Shown piece after piece: positions 19,586 to 27,649 of a stretch of DNA of 62,798 bases (position 1 is its first letter; every line of letters starts with the position of its first letter). This DNA comes from a virus (taxonomy: Duplodnaviria; Caudoviricetes), in IMG/VR virus record IMGVR_UViG_3300050498_000431, positions 1 through 62,798 of that record; one strand, 5' to 3'. A model generated the notes under the pieces. It was not told the origin of the DNA and made no database searches. It was given only the letters and a program-made list of their open reading frames with translations. The position numbers were made by a program, and so were the translations under genes.

Positions 19586-20173
19586 CTATAGTTGCTCTTG
19601 GATTAATACAACCATGTTAAAACGCCCGCGTCCTTGCGTGAACACGTCGGCAGCTTCCGGGCCAATCAGCTTCACAGCCGGTTCCATCACATCTTGCGCA
19701 AATCGGGCCGTCGCATTAGGCAGATAGGGGACGGCGATGGCACTCCCCGTGCCGCCTTGGGCCGCCGAGCCATTGAGCGCAAAACTTGTGGAATCGAACC
19801 GCGTCAGCGTCCAGAAGCCATTAAGCCCCGCGTGTGTCGCACTGTTCAGCCACAACCACTGGTTGGTCACGTAGCTGTGCTGGAGGGTGCACACCACGGG
19901 CGTTGTATTGCTGTAATTCACGCGGTCCCCGCCGGTGCGGTGCAGCCACTCAAACGGCAGTACGCCCAGGCGCTGCTGCAGCAGGAAGTCCCGGAGCACG
20001 CGCATTTGCGGGGTGGTCAACCCCAGGTATTCCAGCTGATACTGGCGCAACGGCCGGCTGTGCTTGGGGCGACGCGCCGAGTAACCTTGGTCTGACTCGA
20101 ACTCGTGCATGGGGTCCTGTATGGCCGCAACCGAGATCGAAGATGGTATTGGGTCAATCGGAAATACTGGCAC
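19586..20173 (-). CDS. distal tail protein (gpM / Dit-like) with an inserted beta domain
   Basis: GYSARR...F-x-W pattern, immediately after the tape measure gene. Confidence 0.7.
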   Translation of the reverse strand: MPVFPIDPIPSSISVAAIQDPMHEFESDQGYSARRPKHSRPLRQYQLEYLGLTTPQMRVLRDFLLQQRLGVLPFEWLHRTGGDRVNYSNTTPVVCTLQHSYVTNQWLWLNSATHAGLNGFWTLTRFDSTSFALNGSAAQGGTGSAIAVPYLPNATARFAQDVMEPAVKLIGPEAADVFTQGRGRFNMVVLIQEQL

Positions 20174-20187
20174 GCGCTACGCCCCTC

Positions 20188-23100
20188 TTATCGCAGTGCT
20201 TGTAACGTCCGTACAATACGTGAGCCTGAGCCTTGGCCTATTTCTGAAAGAACCTCATTAATAATTACACTTCGCCCTAGGGCACGTTCGCGGGCAGCCT
20301 CTTGTTCGGCTACAGCCCTATTCGGAGTATTTATAATTGTCACGCCGGCGGCTTGCCCTCCGGCGGTCGGCCCTGCCTGCATGGCACCACGCATCAGTGC
20401 TTGCATCTGAGGCCGATTGAGCACAAATTCGGGGTTCATCGCTGGGTTCTCGCCGGCCATAATCGCCGTGGGTTTATTGACCACCGCGCCCCCTTGTGCC
20501 ATGAGAATCTCGAAGCCGCCGCCCCCACCACCCGCACTGGCCCCGGCATTGGAGAAGGCCGCGCCGCTACTTGGGGCAACAGCACCGCTAATGGCGCTGA
20601 GCCCAAGCCGGATGAGCATGCGAAAACCCTCGTTGAGGGCAATCTGAGCCACCGAGTCAAGGATACTTTTGGCCATCAGGCGGAAGGCATCACTGACGCG
20701 CTCGGTGCCATCAATAATGCTGAGAAGGCCCTGCGTGATGGTCTGCGCCGCCGCATCGCCCACCCGCTCGGTCACCTGCATAATCTCGTTAAAGCGCTCT
20801 TGCTCGGTAATGGCGCGCAACTGGGCTTCCTGCTCGGGCGTCAACGCCACGCCCTGCCGCCGCGCTTGCGCCCGCAACCGCAGTTCCGCGCGTTCCTCGC
20901 GCGGCGCCCGGAGGCGCTCTAGCGTGCCCTCAATGCTCTGCGTCATCGCGTCGGCACTCTCTTGCGCCTGACGCTGCGCATCGGTGCGGGCCTTGATGGC
21001 CGCAAAACTGCTCTCCATCGCTTGCTTTTCTTCAATGAGCAGCCGCACGTTTTCTGCCCGCGTCTGGATTTCCTCGTCCTGGGGAAACTGGGCGGCCAGG
21101 CGCGCGGCCTCGTTTTCCTTGCGCGCGTCCGCCGTGAGCGAGTATTGCTGCTCCAAGCGCTTCAGACTCTCGACAGCTTGGTCGCGCTTGCGCATTTCCT
21201 CTTCGAGGGCGCGGAGATATTCGCGGCCCGTCGTCATGGCCTGCTGACGCCGTTCCCGCGCGTCGACGTCTTGCTGCCGCTCTTCCTCGTCAATGGCCCG
21301 GAGGACCTCGCGGCCCGTCTCCATAATTTGACGACGGCGCTCGGGGTCGGGCGTCTGCGCTTCTTGCCCCGCTTCTAAGGCGCGTTGCTGGCGTCCGGCA
21401 GCGTCGAGCATGCCCTGAATGGTCTGCGGCATGCGCCGTAAGACATCCTGAGCAAACGTCGCGTTTTCCCCGGTAGGGAGCGGAATACCCCCACGGGCCG
21501 GCCCCGCATTATAGGCGGTGAGGGCGCGCTCGACGTTGCCATTGAATTTCTGGAGGAGCTCGGCAAAATACGTCATGCCAGCCCGCAGATTGGTTTCGGG
21601 ATCGAACTCCCGGCCCCCGGCACCATACGCGGCGGCGGTGCTCGGCATGAGTTGCATGAGTCCCCGCGCACCCGCGCGGGAAACAGCCTGCGGATCAAAG
21701 CGGGATTCCTGCTCAATTAAGGCCCGCATGAGGTTCGGATCGAGCCCTTTTTCGCCAGCGATCCGCTCAATGAGGGCATCAAGGGAGTTCGGGGCGCCAC
21801 TCGGCGTGATCGTCCGGCGCAGCCCTTCCCCGAGCTTGCCAATTTCTTCCTGCACGGCCTTGAGGGTTTTTTCCCAGGCTTTGAATTTCTGGTCTGCCAC
21901 GTCGAGCGCGGAGAGAAACGGGGCGTTGAGCTCAATATCGCGGAGTTGCTGGCGTCCTTGTTCCAGGATTTTCGCTAAGCGGTCTTCCGTCGCTTGGAGT
22001 GGCCGCTCCCCTGCCGGAATCTCGACCCCAAAGCCGACTTGGCCCCCCGGCCCAAAGCCTTCCGCTTGGAGCTTCCGTTGAAACTCGGCGACCGCCTTGC
22101 GTTGTTCGGCATCGAGCGCTTGCAGCTTGTCCCGAATGGCCCGCCGCTCCTCTGGCGTGATCGGTCCCGCAAAGCCGGGCAGCATGCTCTCGACCAATTG
22201 CGCGGCCTGGGCGCCGGTAATCTGTGCCTGCAAGCGCGCCAACTCGGCTTGGCGTTCCCGAATCGCGGGAGGGAAGCCTACACCGCCCTGTGGGAGAGCC
22301 CCGACCGGGGGACCCGCTTCCCGGCTGCGTTCGTCCTGCACCTTGCGCATGGTGGCTAGGAGCGTGGTCGCGGCCTCCGCCATGCTTCGGAGCATATCGA
22401 GCAGTCCAGAGGCGGCGATCGTTTCCCCGGCGAGCTTCACCTCGTTGGCCAAGCGTTGAAATGCCGCGGCCGCGGTATCGGTGGCGGTCGCCACGGTCCC
22501 AGCAAATTCCGTGCGGAATTGATCGCTGAAGCGCCGGACAAACTCAATACTGTCCTGGCCCTTCTCGATCATCTTGTTGAGTTCTTGCGTTGTCATGCCA
22601 AAGGCCCGCGCCGCAATCTGTGTGGCGCCCGGAATGGCCTCGGCCAGCTGTTGACGTAATTCCTCTTGTGATACGACGCCTTTGGAAACCATTTGCTGGA
22701 GGGCTAAGAGGCCGCGCTCGGTCTGCTGCGAGCTCGCGCCCATGGCCCGCATGCCCACCACCATGTTTTCAAAGATACGGGCCGCCTGCTCACCCTGGAT
22801 AGACGTGCCACGAGTCGCGGCGTCAAAGCGCCGGAAGTTTTCGGCAAGCGGAATGACTTCGATCCCCAACCGCTGCGCCAAGGTGATCATCTGCTGGAAG
22901 GCCGCGGCGCCGGCACTCACGCCCTGGATGGCGGTAAATTGCTGGCGTAACTGCTGGAATTGGACACCCACGGCAACAATACTCGTTGCCAACTCTTTCA
23001 TCTGGCCGATGATGGCGCCAATGCTGGTGGCAATCCCGATGCCCCCGGCCACACTGAGCGCCGCACTGAGGGCCGCGCCTAGACGTCCTGCACTCTGCTC

Positions 23101-23565
23101 CGCGTCGTGGGCGGCTTGCCGCTCCGCCGCCCGGCGTTCTTCGGCGAGCTGCCGCGCCTCCTGCGCCGCTTGACGGGCGGCCACTTGCTGTTGTTGCATG
23201 GCGGCTTGTTGGGCTTGGGTCGCCCGTTGGGCCGCCGCCGCCACTTCTTGCGCCGCCTGCCGCGCCTCCTGGGCTGCTTGGCGGGTGGCCTCCCGGCTTT
23301 GATCTTGGGCTTGCCTATACTGGAGCGCGGCGCTTTGCGCCTGGCTATAGGCTTGCGTTTGCTGGGTAATCGCCTGGGCAAGAGCGAGATAGGCTTGGGA
23401 GAGTTGCGCCGTCGATTGCTGGCCGCCTTGCTGCTGCTGGCGCACCTGCCCCAACGTCTGGCTGAGCTGCGTGAGGCGCTGTTGCGCCTGTGTCAGCGCC
23501 TGGTCAAAGCCACTGGCGTCGATTCTCAGTTTCGCGACTATGTCACCTACAACTATCTCTGCCAA
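20188..23565 (-). CDS. tail tape measure protein with an internal lytic transglycosylase (SLT) domain
   Basis: Ala/Gln-rich helical protein; QMVSKGVVSQEELRQQLAE tape-measure motif; QESRFDP-x-AVS-x-AGARGLMQLMP and ALTAYNAGP SLT motifs. Confidence 0.92.
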   Translation of the reverse strand: MAEIVVGDIVAKLRIDASGFDQALTQAQQRLTQLSQTLGQVRQQQQGGQQSTAQLSQAYLALAQAITQQTQAYSQAQSAALQYRQAQDQSREATRQAAQEARQAAQEVAAAAQRATQAQQAAMQQQQVAARQAAQEARQLAEERRAAERQAAHDAEQSAGRLGAALSAALSVAGGIGIATSIGAIIGQMKELATSIVAVGVQFQQLRQQFTAIQGVSAGAAAFQQMITLAQRLGIEVIPLAENFRRFDAATRGTSIQGEQAARIFENMVVGMRAMGASSQQTERGLLALQQMVSKGVVSQEELRQQLAEAIPGATQIAARAFGMTTQELNKMIEKGQDSIEFVRRFSDQFRTEFAGTVATATDTAAAAFQRLANEVKLAGETIAASGLLDMLRSMAEAATTLLATMRKVQDERSREAGPPVGALPQGGVGFPPAIRERQAELARLQAQITGAQAAQLVESMLPGFAGPITPEERRAIRDKLQALDAEQRKAVAEFQRKLQAEGFGPGGQVGFGVEIPAGERPLQATEDRLAKILEQGRQQLRDIELNAPFLSALDVADQKFKAWEKTLKAVQEEIGKLGEGLRRTITPSGAPNSLDALIERIAGEKGLDPNLMRALIEQESRFDPQAVSRAGARGLMQLMPSTAAAYGAGGREFDPETNLRAGMTYFAELLQKFNGNVERALTAYNAGPARGGIPLPTGENATFAQDVLRRMPQTIQGMLDAAGRQQRALEAGQEAQTPDPERRRQIMETGREVLRAIDEEERQQDVDARERRQQAMTTGREYLRALEEEMRKRDQAVESLKRLEQQYSLTADARKENEAARLAAQFPQDEEIQTRAENVRLLIEEKQAMESSFAAIKARTDAQRQAQESADAMTQSIEGTLERLRAPREERAELRLRAQARRQGVALTPEQEAQLRAITEQERFNEIMQVTERVGDAAAQTITQGLLSIIDGTERVSDAFRLMAKSILDSVAQIALNEGFRMLIRLGLSAISGAVAPSSGAAFSNAGASAGGGGGGFEILMAQGGAVVNKPTAIMAGENPAMNPEFVLNRPQMQALMRGAMQAGPTAGGQAAGVTIINTPNRAVAEQEAARERALGRSVIINEVLSEIGQGSGSRIVRTLQALR

Positions 23566-23567
23566 GA

Positions 23568-23924
23568 CTATTCCCTCTCAGTTCCATTCGCGGTATACAG
23601 GCTATGCAACATTTCGATCCGCTCTTGCATATCCTCCAACCGAGGCGGCGGTGGAGGCGGGGGCGGTGGCTCGGGATACCCCAGGACCGCGAGCATGTCT
23701 TCCAGCGTAAACGGTTCACGGCGCTGGTCCGTATCACGATGCACGTTCCAGTACGCTTGCAGGAGTACCGCCATCGGGCGTACCTGCCGTTGCTGCTGCT
23801 GCCAGTACGCCTCGGCCAGCAAATGCCCTTCGAGGAACGTCATGCCCCAGAACTCGCGTTCGCTGACACCAAGGCAGGTCCGTTCAAAGGCCCAGAGCTT
23901 GCCCCAGTCGATCCGCCCAAAGGG
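23568..23924 (-). CDS. tail assembly chaperone T segment (reached by -1 frameshift from G)
   Basis: The -1 frame is open from the slippery site and reads ...LGVSEREFWGMTFLE..., a typical gpT-like motif. Confidence 0.75.
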   Translation of the reverse strand, partial: PFGRIDWGKLWAFERTCLGVSEREFWGMTFLEGHLLAEAYWQQQQRQVRPMAVLLQAYWNVHRDTDQRREPFTLEDMLAVLGYPEPPPPPPPPPRLEDMQERIEMLHSLYTANGTERE

Positions 23925-24316
23925 TCAGTGTCGACGGCCTCCGCCTCAGCCGTGACAGCGTCTACGACGACTTGCGGGCTCGCGTTACTCCAGGCTTGAA
24001 GGATGAGGCCCGCATAGGGAATGAGCCCCGTAGGATCGGCGTAGGGCAACGCCTCTTCCACCTGCGTGAGCGTCAACGCCGGGTCTTCATGCAGGCAGCC
24101 TTGCCACAGGAGCACGCTGATATTCACAAACGACAGCTTGCTCAGGTCGTTGTCGAGGAGCATTTCACTCAAGCGCCGTACGGCTTCAAAGAAGGTGTAA
24201 TCCCGCCCCCAGATCTGGGTCAGGCGCAACTCAATCGTTTTGACGGCGGCACGCGTAAAGAGGAGCTGGCGCGGCTTGTCGAGCTCAATGGGCACGAGGG
24301 CCACAATAGAGGGCAT
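23840..24316 (-). CDS. tail assembly chaperone G
   Basis: Position between tail tube and tape measure; C CCT TTG slippery heptamer near the 3' end. Confidence 0.8.
   Translation of the reverse strand: MPSIVALVPIELDKPRQLLFTRAAVKTIELRLTQIWGRDYTFFEAVRRLSEMLLDNDLSKLSFVNISVLLWQGCLHEDPALTLTQVEEALPYADPTGLIPYAGLILQAWSNASPQVVVDAVTAEAEAVDTDPLGGSTGASSGPLNGPALVSANASSGA
23918..23924 (-). other. programmed -1 ribosomal frameshift site (C CCT TTG)
   Basis: X XXY YYZ heptamer in the correct phase; the shift joins G to the T frame. Confidence 0.8.
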
Positions 24317-24762
24317 TAGACCGGCTCCTCGGTTTTGAGCACCGGCGCATCCGCCGCCAGGCCCACACTGGCCGCCTGGGGGTTGTTCACATGGATAAGC
24401 GCGGTGTCGCCAATCGGGACCACGCCAGCGCCGAGATCGGCATCCACGCCAACGCTGATCGTACTATCGCCCATGGCCCCCGCTACCACCCACGCGCTCG
24501 TCTCATCAATGGGCTCGACCGTACAGGTCCCCTCGACACTCCACTGTGCCTCGCCATCGACCTGCGCGGGTTGGCCGCCCGCCGTCAGGGGCGTAATCGC
24601 CAATCGGCATTTCTCTTCCGTCGTCATCGTCACTTCAATCGGCATGGTGCCTCCTGTGGTGGCCTGCACCGGCCCGACATGCCAGCGAAGGCTCGGCGCG
24701 GCCGGGGCCGTCATGACCACCTGGTCAATGTGAATCGTCTCAATCGTAATGGTCATGCTCAT
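24316..24762 (-). CDS. Ig-like tail-associated protein
   Basis: Beta-strand-rich; ATGA overlap with tail tube gene; alternative internal start MPIEVT has an AGGAGG RBS. Confidence 0.55.
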   Translation of the reverse strand: MSMTITIETIHIDQVVMTAPAAPSLRWHVGPVQATTGGTMPIEVTMTTEEKCRLAITPLTAGGQPAQVDGEAQWSVEGTCTVEPIDETSAWVVAGAMGDSTISVGVDADLGAGVVPIGDTALIHVNNPQAASVGLAADAPVLKTEEPV

Positions 24763-25163
24763 GCAAAAGTTATAGCCCCATCTACAGTCAGTTCAAATTC
24801 GAGCGGCAGCGCGCCGTTGACCGGTGCGGACGGAATGCGGTACCTGGTAACAAAGGCCTGGAAGGTCCAAGTCGTCGCGCCCGTATTCGGAAAGCGAACG
24901 GTAAACGCGGTCGACGTGCGGTTAATCATGGCCGTGCGTAAAGCGACATGTTGCGCATTGGCAGGCACAAAGTTGGCCGAGACGCGGATCGTACCACCAT
25001 CGAGCAAGGTCGGAATTTTACTACTCCAATTGCCACCATCATGGGCCGAGACATCGACCACATTGAACTGTGCGCCAATCTCAGAAGCATTAGTTATTTC
25101 TGGTATGGGAGTACCAGCCATATTAATAACAATACCAGTCGCGGCAATCGCCTGAGTAGCCAA
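24759..25163 (-). CDS. major tail tube protein, paralogue 2
   Basis: DVSAHD...IPTLLDGG...F-x-AFVT...L-x-VDG lambda gpV-like pattern; TTG start. Confidence 0.8.
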   Translation of the reverse strand: MATQAIAATGIVINMAGTPIPEITNASEIGAQFNVVDVSAHDGGNWSSKIPTLLDGGTIRVSANFVPANAQHVALRTAMINRTSTAFTVRFPNTGATTWTFQAFVTRYRIPSAPVNGALPLEFELTVDGAITFA

Positions 25164-25316
25164 AACTAATCCTTTCCATACTAAGAAAATATTCTATCTT
25201 TGCCTTCGCTTCTAGGCTATACTCTTGGGTACTTGGTAGCGCCTAGCTAGCGCTCGTCAAGTCTCCGCTGCTAACCCAGTAGAGAGCCAAGTACTCTCCT
25301 CAACCTTGGTTAGAAG

Positions 25317-26108
25317 GTGTCTATGGAAACCCCTGCGTACAGAGTCTGTTCGACGTGTGACCTGAAGAAGCCTCTTGTAGAATTTTCTCTTGATAAACAT
25401 GGCAAATCTGGAAGAGCTGCTTCGTGCAAGGCTTGTAAACGTGAATATGCTGCTCGATATAAGAAAGAGAACCCAGAAAAAGTACGACAGAGCGGTAGGC
25501 AATCCTATGCGAGAAACCTTGCGAAACATCAAAGATATCGAGAAACAAACAAAGAACAGAGACGTGTAAAACGCATACAGTACTATCACAAGAACCGTGA
25601 GATACTGGTGCAAAAAGCGAAGATACGAAATAAAGCCAGTCGAGTACAAATAAACGCTCGAAGAAAGATTTATAGGGCCGAAAACTTCGAAAAAGCGATT
25701 TTGATTGAACAGGCTAGAAGCCACAACTATTACCTTCTCAATAAAGAAAAAATAAAATCTGTTGTTCTACGTTACAGAAAATTAAATCCTGAAAAAGTCC
25801 GAAACTGGAAGCACACACGACGTGCTGCTAAAAATGGGACTACGGGCAACGATTTGACGCCTGCACAATGGCGCGAGATTCAAGCCGCGCAGAAACATCG
25901 CTGCTACTATTGTGATAAACGATGTAAAGGCAGACTGACTCAGGACCATATCATTCCCATTAGCAAAGGCGGCGCTCATACATTGCATAATGTCATTGGC
26001 GCCTGTCTTTCCTGTAATACAAGCAAAAGAGCTGGGAGCCCTTCTATTCCTGTCCAGCCATTCCTCCTAACCGTAGCACCTGCAAAGAAAACACGTATGG
26101 CTCGTTAG
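25317..26108 (+). CDS. HNH homing endonuclease
   Basis: N-terminal CxxC...CxxC; C-terminal CYYC...DHIIPISKGG-x-H-x3-N-x4-C-x2-CN; antisense to the tail operon; A/T-richer than flanks. Confidence 0.9.
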   Translation: MSMETPAYRVCSTCDLKKPLVEFSLDKHGKSGRAASCKACKREYAARYKKENPEKVRQSGRQSYARNLAKHQRYRETNKEQRRVKRIQYYHKNREILVQKAKIRNKASRVQINARRKIYRAENFEKAILIEQARSHNYYLLNKEKIKSVVLRYRKLNPEKVRNWKHTRRAAKNGTTGNDLTPAQWREIQAAQKHRCYYCDKRCKGRLTQDHIIPISKGGAHTLHNVIGACLSCNTSKRAGSPSIPVQPFLLTVAPAKKTRMAR

Positions 26109-26761
26109 GACAACACAGGTGCGTCTGGGAATTCGAAAGTTACTTGTGCCGTAAGGGCGCCTGCCATGGGCGCCTGATCCCTCCAACCTGTCACATAGCC
26201 AGACCACCACCATGTTGTCTTAGTAGCATTCGGCAGTACCAGCAGATACGGACGGCGCGTGCGGGTTTCCATCAGATGAATGAGGCCCGTGACTGTGCCA
26301 TGCGTGGGATGGGTTGGCACATGGTTGACGACGAGACGCATGCTGTTATTGGAGAGCATCGTGGGTATTTGCGAGCCCCAGCCGCCAATGCCGTCGTGTG
26401 CGCTCACGTCTATGACTGACGCCATAATACCCGCGTCCTGGACGTCGGTGACTTCCGCAATCGTGGCATAGGTACTATCGAGGGTGAAGACGCCGCCCGA
26501 CGTGTACGCGCCGTTACCGACCGAGCCCCGGAGCCGGGCGGTCGTGGGCGTCACGGCTTCAGCGATCCACGGGCCATTCGCCCCGGTATTCCCGGCGACA
26601 TTTGTGACGGTGACTTTGGAGACATCGACAATGCCATGCACCGCACTCGTCGTCACAACAATTGGAGTCGTATTCGTCGCACCAGTAATGTTCAGAACGG
26701 CTGGGATGCCATCGCCAAGGCGCAGCGCTATTCCAAAAGCTGAAATGGCCTGTGTCGGCAT
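26105..26761 (-). CDS. tail tube-like protein, paralogue 1, with an inserted beta domain
   Basis: IAEVTDV...IDVSAHDG...W-x-S-x-IPT-x-L aligns with 24759-25163. Confidence 0.75.
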   Translation of the reverse strand: MPTQAISAFGIALRLGDGIPAVLNITGATNTTPIVVTTSAVHGIVDVSKVTVTNVAGNTGANGPWIAEAVTPTTARLRGSVGNGAYTSGGVFTLDSTYATIAEVTDVQDAGIMASVIDVSAHDGIGGWGSQIPTMLSNNSMRLVVNHVPTHPTHGTVTGLIHLMETRTRRPYLLVLPNATKTTWWWSGYVTGWRDQAPMAGALTAQVTFEFPDAPVLS

Positions 26762-26764
26762 AGA

Positions 26765-27013
26765 CTAACCCCCCGCCGGTGTCGGTTGGGCCGGTACGGG
26801 TTCGTCATCGGGCGCAGGTTCGTCATCGGGCGCAGGCTCAGGCGGAGGAAACGGCGAGGGTGGTTCCCCCGCGGCAATGGCCGCCTGAAAGCGAGCACAG
26901 TGCGCCATGTGGGCGTCCATACGCGCTTGCAGGAGCGTATCGTAGCCGCAGGCGGGACAGCGAAATTGGATGAGACCCGACCAGGATTCCGAGCGGTAGG
27001 GGGCGTCTGCCAT
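26765..27013 (-). CDS. small zinc-finger-like protein with a Pro/Asp-rich tail
   Basis: CPAC...H-x3-C; GGAGG RBS; tandem EPAPDD repeat. Confidence 0.55.
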   Translation of the reverse strand: MADAPYRSESWSGLIQFRCPACGYDTLLQARMDAHMAHCARFQAAIAAGEPPSPFPPPEPAPDDEPAPDDEPVPAQPTPAGG

Positions 27014-27028
27014 GGCGCGACCTCCAGA

Positions 27029-27092
27029 AACACGAAACCGCCGACAGCAGCGAGAGGGGTAAGGTTCTCGCTCAACTGCGGCGGTATGTGTT
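27029..27092 (-). terminator. long leader hairpin followed by a U-rich tract upstream of the tail operon
   Basis: ACCGCCG...AGCGAGA/TCTCGCT...CGGCGGT stem, followed by TTCGTGTTTC on the minus strand. Confidence 0.5.
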
Positions 27093-27139
27093 ACCTGAAG
27101 GTCATCAGGCGACCAGTGACTACCGGGTATGATGTGCAG

Positions 27140-27168
27140 AGGCTAGCAGAATGCGAGGAGCGTTGCAA
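27140..27168 (-). promoter_or_regulatory. sigma70-like promoter
   Basis: TTGCAA-17 nt-TAGCCT with extended -10 TG. Confidence 0.5.
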
Positions 27169-27253
27169 TCCCTTCCTTGGCATCCCTTCTAGGACGCCCA
27201 CCACTCTACCAGAGAGCCCATACGACTACCAGCAGAAAGATGCATCCCTCCTC

Positions 27254-27646
27254 TCACACCACAAACGCCATATTCTCAACACCAAACTGCACCTGATAGG
27301 CGTCATGACGCGTCCCGCTGTCCCAGGTCCAGCGAAATTGCGCCACGCGGTACTCTAACGCCAGGTCGGCATCAACCATCAGCGTATCGGCAGGCTGAAT
27401 CTGCCACTCAACCGTGGTCACCGCAGGAGAGCCCGTCGTCGTGACGCTCACATCATTGGCGTTCAGCACATTCTGGACATTGCGGCTATTGACGATCGTG
27501 CCGCTAATGACATCGTAATAGGTCAGCGTCAGCGTCGTCAGCAGGGAGACGGGCACCCCCACACCGTCGCTATCCACAAGCGTAAAGGTCAGCAGGCCGG
27601 TGGTGGCTTCGAGCAGGGTCGTCGACAACAAGGAAATCGTCGGCAT
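27254..27646 (-). CDS. virion structural protein (BppU N-terminal-like beta-sandwich)
   Basis: LTFTLVDSDG...W-x-IQPADT...QF-x-W pattern; follows the fibre gene. Confidence 0.55.
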   Translation of the reverse strand: MPTISLLSTTLLEATTGLLTFTLVDSDGVGVPVSLLTTLTLTYYDVISGTIVNSRNVQNVLNANDVSVTTTGSPAVTTVEWQIQPADTLMVDADLALEYRVAQFRWTWDSGTRHDAYQVQFGVENMAFVV

Positions 27647-27649
27647 AGA

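Noticed and set aside
25164-26108. Group I intron splitting a tail tube gene
   Set aside because: Both flanking genes are complete paralogues with their own starts and stops, and the HNH gene is antisense.
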